Positions 1 to 8,365 of a stretch of 64,000 nucleotides of DNA are shown in pieces. The stretch's first letter is position 1, and each line of letters starts with the position of its first letter. The stretch is from Candidatus Hadarchaeota archaeon (lineage in GTDB: Archaea; CAYQAE01; CAYVLA01). Below the pieces are notes generated by a model. The model was not told the DNA's origin. It did no database searches and saw only the letters and a list, made by a program, of their open reading frames with translations. The DNA is taken from the NCBI GenBank assembly GCA_964621445.1, contig CAZUNO010000008.1, positions 38,483-102,482 of the forward strand, written 5' to 3'. The translations under genes were made by a program, and so were the position numbers.

Positions 1-54
1 GGTGCCAGCCGGTCCTGCACCGGCGATTGCGGCGTCACATGGAGGGCTATCCAT
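1..54 (-). CDS. FAD-dependent oxidoreductase (geranylgeranyl reductase-like), 5' part only; runs off the window
   Basis: Manual translation from ATG at 54 gives MDSPPCDAAIAGAGPAGT, the N-terminal GAGPAG dinucleotide-binding motif. Not in the ORF track. Confidence 0.75.
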   Translation of the reverse strand, partial: MDSPPCDAAIAGAGPAGT

Positions 55-71
55 GTTTAGGCATCGAAACT

Positions 72-81
72 CTTATATAAG
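72..81. promoter_or_regulatory. Palindromic TATA box (CTTATATAAG), possibly bidirectional
   Basis: Perfect palindrome between two divergent genes about 40 bp apart; GAAA upstream on + resembles a BRE. Confidence 0.55.
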
Positions 82-95
82 TATGTGAGCGACTG

Positions 96-461
96 GTGTG
101 TCCAGTGGTTACAAAGAATCCTTTAAGCGAAGGGAGGACGGGGCTGACCCTGCTCCTCTTTCTACCCCTGTTGGTAGTCATATCCTTTCTTATCGTTCCG
201 GATGCGGCCAGGATGGTTCTAGGGCTTGTCCTAGTGTTGTTTATACCTGGTTTCGCCATGGTTTATGCCCTCTTTCAGGATGATGAAATCGACGATATAG
301 AGAGGATAGCCCTGAGTTTTGGGTTGAGCATATGCATCGTTGTTTTCGATGGGCTGGCCCTAAACTACATCTGGAACCTAACCCTCCTACCAATCGTCCT
401 CTCCCTCTCCCTGATCAGCGGCGTTTTCACGCTGATAGGTTACCTTAGAAGAAGGACCTAG
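96..461 (+). CDS. DUF1616-family membrane protein (N-terminal TM half only)
   Basis: Motifs LFIPGFAMVYALF and DDIERIALSFGLSICIV; four hydrophobic segments. Start may be GTG at 105. Confidence 0.75.
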   Translation: MCPVVTKNPLSEGRTGLTLLLFLPLLVVISFLIVPDAARMVLGLVLVLFIPGFAMVYALFQDDEIDDIERIALSFGLSICIVVFDGLALNYIWNLTLLPIVLSLSLISGVFTLIGYLRRRT

Positions 462-491
462 GGACCAGTTTTAGCTTCGGGAAGTGTATAT

Positions 492-848
492 GTGGAATAT
501 AAGCAAGTGATAGTGCTAAGAGCAGACCTGGATATGTCCCGAGGCAAGTTAGCGGCACAGGCCTGTCACGCTTGCCTTGGCGTTTCGGAGAGGGCAAGAA
601 AACGGGACCCCGAGAAATGGGAGGAGTGGCTGGAGGAGGGGGGTCGTAAGATCGTTTTAAAGGTTAGTTCAGAACGGGAGCTATTTGAGATTAAGGAGGA
701 TGGCAAGGCACTGGGCATTGATACCTACCTGGTGAAGGATCGCGGGCTGACTGAGATACCGTCGGGAACGGTAACCGCTCTGGGACTAGGTCCGGGAGAG
801 GAGAGCAGGATGGATCGAGTTACCGGCGATTTGTCCCTCCTGAAGTGA
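492..848 (+). CDS. pth2: Peptidyl-tRNA hydrolase Pth2
   Basis: KQVIVLRADLDMSRGKLAAQACHA and DRGLTEIPSGTVTALGLGP motifs. Confidence 0.96.
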   Translation: MEYKQVIVLRADLDMSRGKLAAQACHACLGVSERARKRDPEKWEEWLEEGGRKIVLKVSSERELFEIKEDGKALGIDTYLVKDRGLTEIPSGTVTALGLGPGEESRMDRVTGDLSLLK

Positions 849-854
849 TATTCC

Positions 855-2168
855 ATGGAGATTCAGATCGCCAGCGAGGAGGCCATTGGACTTCTTTGCT
901 ATTCAACCACCCCCCCCGGCATCGGAGGGCGAATAAAGGATACCATCGAGGACTTCGTGGTGGAAGAGATTCTGGAAGGATGTCAAACCGTGCAGGTGGG
1001 CAGGGGTTTGGTGCCCACACCGCAAAGCGAGGGGGGCAAATACTGTCATTTCTGTCTGGAGAAGAGGGGAATCGATCTCTTTCAGGCAATTGAGCGAGTT
1101 TCAAAAGCCATTGGTGTCCATGGGAGGGATTTTTCATACCAGGGAACGAAGGATGCCAGGGCTATAACCTGCCAGCTGGTTTCCGTGAAGGGAGTCGATC
1201 CGGATCGGATGCCCGATTGGGGTCAGGGAAGGGTTAGGATCCATACCCCCTATTCGGCAACAGAGGAGCTGAGAAGAGGGGGGCACTGGGGAAATTCGTT
1301 TCTGGTGAAGATCAGGGGAGCGGATTGCAGCGGCCACCAGGCTGAGGACAGGGTAAGGGAGGTTGGATCCCAGATAGTTGAGAACGGGGGCGTCCCCAAC
1401 TTCTTTGGACACCAAAGATTCGGAACCACCAGATCAAACACCCATATAGTTGGATGCCACATGCTGGCAGGAGATTTTGAATCCGCGGTTCGAGAGTACC
1501 TTTGCGTACCCTACGAGGGGGAGAGGAAGGACGCGCTTGGGGCCAGGATGAGATTGATGGAGAACTGGGATCCCGAATCCGCATTGAACTACTTTCCCCA
1601 AAGGCTGAACTACGAGAGAATGATGTTGAAGCACCTATCTCTTCATAAAAATGACTATCTGGGGGCCCTGAGGCGTTTGCCCAATAACCTCCTCAGTCTT
1701 TTCCCCCGGGCATATCAATCATATCTCTTCAACCTCACCCTGTCCAGGAGATTAGGGGAGGAGGAATCTTTCTTACCCAGAGACGGCGATGTTATCGAGA
1801 AGGGTGACCTTTACCTTGCGGTTGGTGAGGATATCAGTCCCCATAAGGCAACCAAGGAGATGGAAAGGGGAGTAGCCCGGCTGGTCTATTCTGTGGTCGG
1901 ATACGCCTCGGCGGCACGGGGACCGCTTTCCTCGGATGTGGAGGAGACGATGGTTCGGGAGGGAGTTACTCCTGCCTTTTTCTATTCGAGGCAGCTTCCG
2001 GATCTAAACCCAGGTGGCTCCTATCGCCCTCTGCTTTCCCCGGTCATGGGCCTGAAGGTGGAGACCGCGGATAATGATCGTGTTGACCTCTCCTTCAAAC
2101 TCAGGAAGGGCTGCTATGCCACGGTGGTGCTCAGGGAGTTCATGAAGGCCGGTATCACGGCCTACTAG
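855..2168 (+). CDS. truD: tRNA pseudouridine(13) synthase TruD
   Basis: EDFVVEE, GTKDARAITCQ, PNFFGHQRFG, AYQSYLFN and GCYATVVLRE motifs. Confidence 0.96.
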   Translation: MEIQIASEEAIGLLCYSTTPPGIGGRIKDTIEDFVVEEILEGCQTVQVGRGLVPTPQSEGGKYCHFCLEKRGIDLFQAIERVSKAIGVHGRDFSYQGTKDARAITCQLVSVKGVDPDRMPDWGQGRVRIHTPYSATEELRRGGHWGNSFLVKIRGADCSGHQAEDRVREVGSQIVENGGVPNFFGHQRFGTTRSNTHIVGCHMLAGDFESAVREYLCVPYEGERKDALGARMRLMENWDPESALNYFPQRLNYERMMLKHLSLHKNDYLGALRRLPNNLLSLFPRAYQSYLFNLTLSRRLGEEESFLPRDGDVIEKGDLYLAVGEDISPHKATKEMERGVARLVYSVVGYASAARGPLSSDVEETMVREGVTPAFFYSRQLPDLNPGGSYRPLLSPVMGLKVETADNDRVDLSFKLRKGCYATVVLREFMKAGITAY

Positions 2169-2277
2169 AGCCCTGGAGGTTACCGTCACATATTTAAGCT
2201 AATTCCAAGTCCTGAAAAGGTTGCCGGACCGCTTCGAGTTGTCAAGATCGATGCCAATCAGGTAGAGAGGTATAGGA

Positions 2278-2628
2278 ATGAGTGAAGACGTTGAGATGAT
2301 GGAATTCAACGAGGACCTGATGACCGAGGAATCGTTCACCCGTTATCAGGAAATTCTCGTAAAGCCTGTCAAACTTTCCTCAGGGGACGACCTGGACGTC
2401 GTCTCAAGGGAGCTAAAGGAAGGTAATATCCTTCTCGTGAATCTATCTCCCCTGCAGTCTGAGGATCCCGAGATAGCTAGGGGGATAATAGATCAATTAA
2501 AGGGAGTTTGTACCGGCCTAGAGGGAGATATGGCCGCGGTTTCCGAGGACATAGTGCTTGTGGTGCCCTCCTTCGTCAGGATAGAAAAGGCCACGCCGGC
2601 AGAGGCTCAGGAAGAAGAATTTACCTGA
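2278..2628 (+). CDS. sepF: Cell division protein SepF (archaeal)
   Basis: ELKEGNILLVNL...LKGVCTGLEGDMA...VLVVPSFVRI pattern and typical size. Confidence 0.85.
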   Translation: MSEDVEMMEFNEDLMTEESFTRYQEILVKPVKLSSGDDLDVVSRELKEGNILLVNLSPLQSEDPEIARGIIDQLKGVCTGLEGDMAAVSEDIVLVVPSFVRIEKATPAEAQEEEFT

Positions 2629-4528
2629 AGCGAACCGTCTCTAGATTTTTTGGCGAAAATGCGCTTATTCTGAGCATACGTCCGATGGATCGGGATAGCT
2701 TTTCACCCTTATCGTAGTCCCCGTGCTGTACGAGAATCCTATTTGGCCGGGGTGATGCCTTCTTGATGTACCTGAGAAGCTGTCCCCTGTCTGAGTGACC
2801 GCTGAAGCCGCCTATGGTCTCTGACTTCATCTTCATCTTGATAACATTGAGCTTTCCCCCGTCATCGGTGGCGGCAACTTCCTTTAGACCTTCCTGGATC
2901 CTTCTTCCTAGAGAACCCTCCGCCTGGTAGCAGACGAATACCAGGGTGTTCTTGGGATCCGGTGCCAGGCGCTTGAAATACTCTATTACCGGGCCGCCGA
3001 CCATCATACCAGATGTTGCCAGGATAACACAGGGCTCGCCCTCGACCACGTCACCGAGTTCCCCCGGCTGGACGTTGTTAAATATGTCCGATAGGAAGGG
3101 GTTGTCCTCGTTATGGAGTATCCTGTTCTTGAGTTCGGAGGAGAGGTATTCCGGGTATGCGGTGTGAATGGCCGTTGCCGCCCGAATCATACCATGGAGA
3201 TAAACGGGCACCTGGTCCATTATCTTCTGGCGCATCTTCTCCTCGATGAGGATCATGAGTTCCTGGGCCCTGCCAACGCTGAGAACCGGTATTAGAACCT
3301 TTCCACCGCGCCTGGTGGTCTCGTTGATTATGCTGATCATCTTGCGTTCCGAGTCCTTCCGGGACTGCTGCATGTCCCTCGAGCCACCGTAGGTCGATTC
3401 CATGATCAGGCCTTCGAGACGCGGGAATTTTGACCTGGCCGGGGGCAATAGCCTGGTCTGGGCGAACTTGAAGTCGCTGGTGTATACGATATTGTACAGT
3501 CCCTCTCCTACGTGTAGGTGGGTGATGGCTGAGCCAAGTATGTGGCCCGCATTGTGAAAGGTAAGCCGGATGTCCGGCGAAATATCCCTCACATCACCGT
3601 ACCCCAAGGCGATGCTGTGTTTGATCATTTCCTTGATATCCTTCTTGGAGTATGGGGGGTCCTTGTCCTCCCTCATGGCGATGTCAAGGTAGTCGAGCTG
3701 GAGGAGGGTCATCAGGTCCCGGGTGGGTGGGGTGCAGTATGTGGGCCCCTCGTATCCGTACTTATATAGATAGGGAACGAAGCCACAGTGATCGAGATGA
3801 GCGTGGGAGAGGACCACCGCGTCAAGCTGGTCTATCTGGAACTCTGGCATGTTGAGATAGGGGAAGGCGCGGTCGGTATCCTGGCAGGCGATGTTAACCC
3901 CGCAATCAAGCATCACGCTGCTCTCGGCGGTCCTGATCAATTCACATGACCTTCCCACCTCGCGTGCGCCGCCTAGGAACGAAACTCTGATCCAGTCGGG
4001 CTCGCTCTCCGTCGTCCTGTAGATCCTTCTGCCAATCTTGCGGAGTATTCGCTTTCTTTCCTTGCTTTCGCTCTGGAGAGTGTTCTTTATGTCCTCCACT
4101 ATTTCGCTGGGGAGGGGCGGGGTCCTGTTCACGTTCGGTGTCCATCTGGTCTTTGCCGTGATCTCCCTTAGGGTGGAGCCGGATTTGCCAACCACCAGTC
4201 CCAGTTTCTTGGCGTCTATGATCACCTCTCCCGCTTCGCTATCGAAATCGATCTTGGTGATCCCGGCTTCATCAGGGACAATCTCCCTTATCTTCTGTTC
4301 CGCCTCCCTGGGGTCGGTCAAAACCGATTGATCGGCCCTGACGATAATCCTCTTCCTGACCTTCTTGGCCAGGCGACGGACTAGATTTCCGTTGTTTACC
4401 AGCAACTCCGGAGTGGTGGAGTATAGAACCAGGACGGGTCCCTCAAATTCCACGCTCGAAACCCAGGAGCTATCCGGTAGGAATTCTGCTACTTGTTTTC
4501 TTACTTCCTTGAGTTCATTGTTAGACAC
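2621..4528 (-). CDS. fttA: Beta-CASP ribonuclease aCPSF1 / transcription termination factor FttA
   Basis: N-terminal KH region (VEFEGP), LGGAREVGRSC, HAHLDH, AGHILGS, ESTYG and FSGHSD motifs; 635 aa. Confidence 0.96.
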   Translation of the reverse strand: MSNNELKEVRKQVAEFLPDSSWVSSVEFEGPVLVLYSTTPELLVNNGNLVRRLAKKVRKRIIVRADQSVLTDPREAEQKIREIVPDEAGITKIDFDSEAGEVIIDAKKLGLVVGKSGSTLREITAKTRWTPNVNRTPPLPSEIVEDIKNTLQSESKERKRILRKIGRRIYRTTESEPDWIRVSFLGGAREVGRSCELIRTAESSVMLDCGVNIACQDTDRAFPYLNMPEFQIDQLDAVVLSHAHLDHCGFVPYLYKYGYEGPTYCTPPTRDLMTLLQLDYLDIAMREDKDPPYSKKDIKEMIKHSIALGYGDVRDISPDIRLTFHNAGHILGSAITHLHVGEGLYNIVYTSDFKFAQTRLLPPARSKFPRLEGLIMESTYGGSRDMQQSRKDSERKMISIINETTRRGGKVLIPVLSVGRAQELMILIEEKMRQKIMDQVPVYLHGMIRAATAIHTAYPEYLSSELKNRILHNEDNPFLSDIFNNVQPGELGDVVEGEPCVILATSGMMVGGPVIEYFKRLAPDPKNTLVFVCYQAEGSLGRRIQEGLKEVAATDDGGKLNVIKMKMKSETIGGFSGHSDRGQLLRYIKKASPRPNRILVQHGDYDKGEKLSRSIGRMLRISAFSPKNLETVRFR

Positions 4529-4765
4529 TGGTACACCCCTAGAAGGTGTGGAATCTAATATATGTCCAATTACAAGATCTATTCATATCAATTCAGCAGT
4601 AATTGTGACTGTAGTCACCATGAATCAATAGAAAATACCCTCACATACCACGTATGGCCTGTTTATAACCTTGGACAAAAAACCATGTCTGCCGAGTCGG
4701 TGAAAATATTTCACACATCCCAGGAGACAAAAACCGTAAAAGGTGGACGTTGATCTCCAACGCGC

Positions 4766-4782
4766 TATATAAAGGTTTTCTT
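4766..4782 (-). promoter_or_regulatory. BRE-TATA promoter upstream of aCPSF1
   Basis: Minus strand reads AAGAAAACC-TTTATATA, a close match to the archaeal BRE/TATA consensus. Confidence 0.6.
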
Positions 4783-4812
4783 AACGATGGGGAGTGGGCC
4801 GTTATTTCCACA

Positions 4813-5631
4813 CTAGGATCCAATCACTATTCTGAGGAAGTTCCTCGTTGCGGGGGCGAGCCCTATGACCATTATCACCATCTTAATGAACAGCCTCATC
4901 TCCCTTTCCTCCACGTGCTCATCCAGCAGGTAGAGGACCAAGGGGAGGGCTAGCAGCTTCATGAGATACATTGCCGCTGCAGTCCCGGAAATATCGATCA
5001 GCGTCCTCGGCAAGACGTGTTGTTCAGCGTAATCGTAAAAGTCGATCCCGATGAAGGTCACCGTGGCGTCAACCAGGTGACAACCCAGGGCAGCCACGTT
5101 TTCCCTGTTCCAGAGAACCGGGAGCCGCTCTCCCCATTGAAGGTGAAGAAAGGCCAGAAATCCGCATATCCCAGCGGATAGGGCACCCATAGCCATTCCC
5201 GCAACCGGTCTTTCCACCATTCCAAGAAGGGGAAGTAGCTGGGAGGTGGCAAGCACGATGCCCACGGTTATCACCGTCTGCTTTACCTCAACTCCCGATA
5301 ATCTCCTAACCGCGAGGGCCAGGAGAAGGGATCCAGCGAATATGGCCATGGTGGTGATGTATATACCCGGTGAGATCAGTAGGTAGGTGTAGGGATATTT
5401 CCCCGCGTCCACTAGCACCCTGATACTGGTGGCCAGTACTAGGAAGGGCAGGAACATTAGGAAGAGGTCAAATTTGAACCGGTATCCAGTCTTCTTTATG
5501 GATTTGTAGGTTACTACCGCCGCAATCCCCAGTATCGCTCCGTATACCAGGGTATTTACCCAGTTATACCCGCTTCTTTCCCATATTGGGGAAATGAAAT
5601 ATCTGCGTATGATGTCAAGAAGGGAGTACAT
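4813..5631 (-). CDS. DUF63-family multi-pass membrane protein
   Basis: GYNWVNTLVY, ISPGIY, DATVTFIG, EQHVLP and GLAPATRN motifs. Confidence 0.85.
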   Translation of the reverse strand: MYSLLDIIRRYFISPIWERSGYNWVNTLVYGAILGIAAVVTYKSIKKTGYRFKFDLFLMFLPFLVLATSIRVLVDAGKYPYTYLLISPGIYITTMAIFAGSLLLALAVRRLSGVEVKQTVITVGIVLATSQLLPLLGMVERPVAGMAMGALSAGICGFLAFLHLQWGERLPVLWNRENVAALGCHLVDATVTFIGIDFYDYAEQHVLPRTLIDISGTAAAMYLMKLLALPLVLYLLDEHVEEREMRLFIKMVIMVIGLAPATRNFLRIVIGS

Positions 5632-5683
5632 ATATTTAAGATCAGCTCTAGATGGGGCGATTAAATGCTTCGGTGATTATGAC

Positions 5684-6733
5684 TTGAAAAGACCGAAGCG
5701 GATGGAACTTCCCCGGTACGTTGATATCGGATCGGGAATCCTCCGAGGTATTCCGGAAACACTCAATTCCATGAGGATTGAAGGTGACCTGCTGATAGTC
5801 ACAGGTCCTACAAAAACCAGGAAATACGGGGAGAGGGTCTTCGATTCGGCATCCTCTGAGAGAGACGCTGAACTTCTATCCGTGTCCGGAGGCAAGAAAG
5901 AGGCGGCGGAAAATCTTGAAAAGAGTATGGACTCTGATAACGCCGCCGTAGTTGTCGGTGTGGGCGGCGGTAAGACCATAGATATAGCGAAATATGCTGC
6001 CTATCGTGCTAACTCGGAGTTCGTTAGCATGCCCACGGTTCTATCCCACGACGGCATAGCCTCCTCCCGGGTTTCCATGCCCAGCTCTGGCAAGGTGGCC
6101 TCTATGGATGCGGTGGCTCCCATGGCCATAATAATGGACACCGAAATCATTGCCAGTGCTCCCTACCGCTTCCTGGCCGCGGGATGTGGAGATATCATCG
6201 GGAAGAACACCTCCGTCTTGGATTGGCAGTTGGCCTACAGGCTTGGAAAGGAGGATATAAGCGAGTACGCTTGCGCCCTGACCATGATGAGCGCCAAGAT
6301 AATAAGGGAGTCGGTTGAGGTGATCAGGACCGCAAGCGAAGATGGAGTGAGGATGGTGGCCAAGGCCCTTATGGGAAGCGGGGTGTCCATGAGCATAGCC
6401 GGTTCAAGCAGACCGGCTTCCGGTTCCGAGCACCTTTTCAGCCATGCGCTGGATTGCATTGCCCCGGAAGCGGCACTTCACGGTGAACAGGTTGGGTTGG
6501 GCACCATAATGATGATGTACCTCCACGGAGGGGACTGGGAATCGATAAGGGATTGTCTCATCAGGGTAGGCGCTCCAGTGACAGCAGAGGAAATTGGGAT
6601 CTCTGAAGAGAAGATAATCAAGGCGTTAACGGATTCACATAAGATAAGGCCCTCAAGATATACCATTCTGGGCAAATCGGGCCTGAGCAAGACGGCCGCA
6701 CGAAGACTAGCAAGGAGGACGGAAGTGATTTGA
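5684..6733 (+). CDS. egsA: sn-glycerol-1-phosphate dehydrogenase
   Basis: GVGGGKTIDIAKY, SHDGIAS, SSRPASGSEHLFSHALD and LHGEQVG motifs. Start moved to TTG 5684 (GGTGA RBS upstream); ATG 5702 is an alternative. Confidence 0.95.
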   Translation: MKRPKRMELPRYVDIGSGILRGIPETLNSMRIEGDLLIVTGPTKTRKYGERVFDSASSERDAELLSVSGGKKEAAENLEKSMDSDNAAVVVGVGGGKTIDIAKYAAYRANSEFVSMPTVLSHDGIASSRVSMPSSGKVASMDAVAPMAIIMDTEIIASAPYRFLAAGCGDIIGKNTSVLDWQLAYRLGKEDISEYACALTMMSAKIIRESVEVIRTASEDGVRMVAKALMGSGVSMSIAGSSRPASGSEHLFSHALDCIAPEAALHGEQVGLGTIMMMYLHGGDWESIRDCLIRVGAPVTAEEIGISEEKIIKALTDSHKIRPSRYTILGKSGLSKTAARRLARRTEVI

Positions 6734-7185
6734 TAACCCTAATAGGCAAGAAACTGGCAAAACCAGGACAGGAGTTCATTCACTACGGAGTGGGTGACTG
6801 TAAGGAATGCATGGGATGCAAATTGAGGAAGGTCTGTGACAATCTAAAGGTTGGGAGAAGGTACACCGTCAAGAGTTCAATGAACAAGCCCCATGAGAAA
6901 TGCAAGATACATGAGGAGGGAGTAATGCTGGTTGAGGTTGAGCCGGCGGAGATAGAGGTGTTAATCCCCTCCTCCCAGGCCAAGGAGAAGGAGGTTATCG
7001 CCTTCCTGAGTCCTGACTGTTCCAAATATTTCTGTGAGGATAGGGACCTATGCCACCCGGAAGGGATTGAGGACGGGGACAGGTGCCGTATTCTGAAGGT
7101 TAAGGAGAAGGAGCACAAGTGTGGGGAGGGAAACGAGCTGGCCCTGGTCCGACTGAAATTAGAGGGGGAAGAAGGTAAGGATTAA
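6730..7185 (+). CDS. UPF0179-family Cys-rich protein
   Basis: ITLIGKKLAKPGQEF, CxxCxxRxxC and CKIHEEGV motifs; conserved position after egsA. Confidence 0.88.
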   Translation: MITLIGKKLAKPGQEFIHYGVGDCKECMGCKLRKVCDNLKVGRRYTVKSSMNKPHEKCKIHEEGVMLVEVEPAEIEVLIPSSQAKEKEVIAFLSPDCSKYFCEDRDLCHPEGIEDGDRCRILKVKEKEHKCGEGNELALVRLKLEGEEGKD

Positions 7186-7187
7186 TC

Positions 7188-7922
7188 CTATTCGGCCTGC
7201 CCGACTTCCTCCGCCTCTGAGGAGTCCTGCTCCTGCTGTTCCTCGGATGGCTCGACCGCGAAACTGATCTTCTCTATCTCCGGGACGTGTTCCTCTATAT
7301 CATTTCGAATTAGGGAGCGAATGGCCTCCGTGGCCTGCTCGGACAGCTCTCCCGTATTCAGTTCTATTTCCGCTTCCTTCTCGGAGATATTGATAATATG
7401 GGAATCAGGGTCCATCCTCCTAAGGCGCCTGTCTATCAACCATCTTATCCTGGTCTCCGGATCGGTTGCCTCCCCCAGGACCTCCACTAGGTAATGCATT
7501 TCGCGACCCGCAAGGGGGTGATTGTAGTCCAGCCTTATTCTCCCGCCGCTGATGGACCTGATTATTGCTATGCCCCGGTTTGTCCGTACCGGGAGGCCTC
7601 GCACCGGGTTTATCCCTTTTTGCCTGAGAACGTTCTGGGTAACATGATCCATTAGCTTTGGATTCCTGTTTCCATAGGCGTTCTCCGGGGGCACGCCAAA
7701 CTCCTTCTCCTCCCCCACATCCATGTTTTTCAGGGCCTCATCAACCCCGGGGGTAGGCTTCCCGGACCCTACCACGGTGACAAATGGCCTGTATTTGGAT
7801 GGGTTATCCTCATCAAAAATCCCTGCATCCCGGGCAACCTGTTCGATCGTTGTCTTGGTGATCTTTCCGGTTGTTGCTATCTTCTCAACGTAATTTATTC
7901 TGGTGATGCTCCCCTCGTTCAA
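7188..7922 (-). CDS. slyD: FKBP-type peptidyl-prolyl isomerase (long archaeal SlyD-like)
   Basis: PPENAYG and LDYNHPLAG motifs with a C-terminal archaeal FKBP domain. Confidence 0.9.
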   Translation of the reverse strand: MNEGSITRINYVEKIATTGKITKTTIEQVARDAGIFDEDNPSKYRPFVTVVGSGKPTPGVDEALKNMDVGEEKEFGVPPENAYGNRNPKLMDHVTQNVLRQKGINPVRGLPVRTNRGIAIIRSISGGRIRLDYNHPLAGREMHYLVEVLGEATDPETRIRWLIDRRLRRMDPDSHIINISEKEAEIELNTGELSEQATEAIRSLIRNDIEEHVPEIEKISFAVEPSEEQQEQDSSEAEEVGQAE

Positions 7923-8053
7923 TTGAACACCCTGACCCCCATCGGCCGATCTGAATTAAACTGTTTAGCCCAGGGTCACCAGCCTCCATGCGGCCATTTA
8001 CCAGGGGCAAATATTTATTAGAATATTAAAACCGGTAGGTTGGAGGAAAGGTA

Positions 8054-8365
8054 ATGAAGAGGTATGTCGGCGAGCTTACGTCCATAGAAGAAGTCCCAGA
8101 TGCAAAGGTGAGCAAGGATGAAGATGGACTTGAATGGAAGGACTTCATCCGGCGAATTAAGCTTGTGGGCTACCGAAAAGAGGATAACGAGATTGTCAGG
8201 GAGCTTCCCGAGGAACTGGATGAAAAGGTAATCGATCAGCCAAGGAAGCTCTGCATAAGCGAGGGTTACGACTGGCACTTCAAGACCAAGATCATTGACA
8301 GGCCGGTACTCATCACCTTCAGCGAGGAAGAAAGCGAGGCAATAGAAAAGGGCAACTATCCCTGA
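8054..8365 (+). CDS. Hypothetical protein (103 aa, acidic)
   Basis: ATG start with GGAGG upstream and protein-like composition; no family recognised. Confidence 0.6.
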   Translation: MKRYVGELTSIEEVPDAKVSKDEDGLEWKDFIRRIKLVGYRKEDNEIVRELPEELDEKVIDQPRKLCISEGYDWHFKTKIIDRPVLITFSEEESEAIEKGNYP

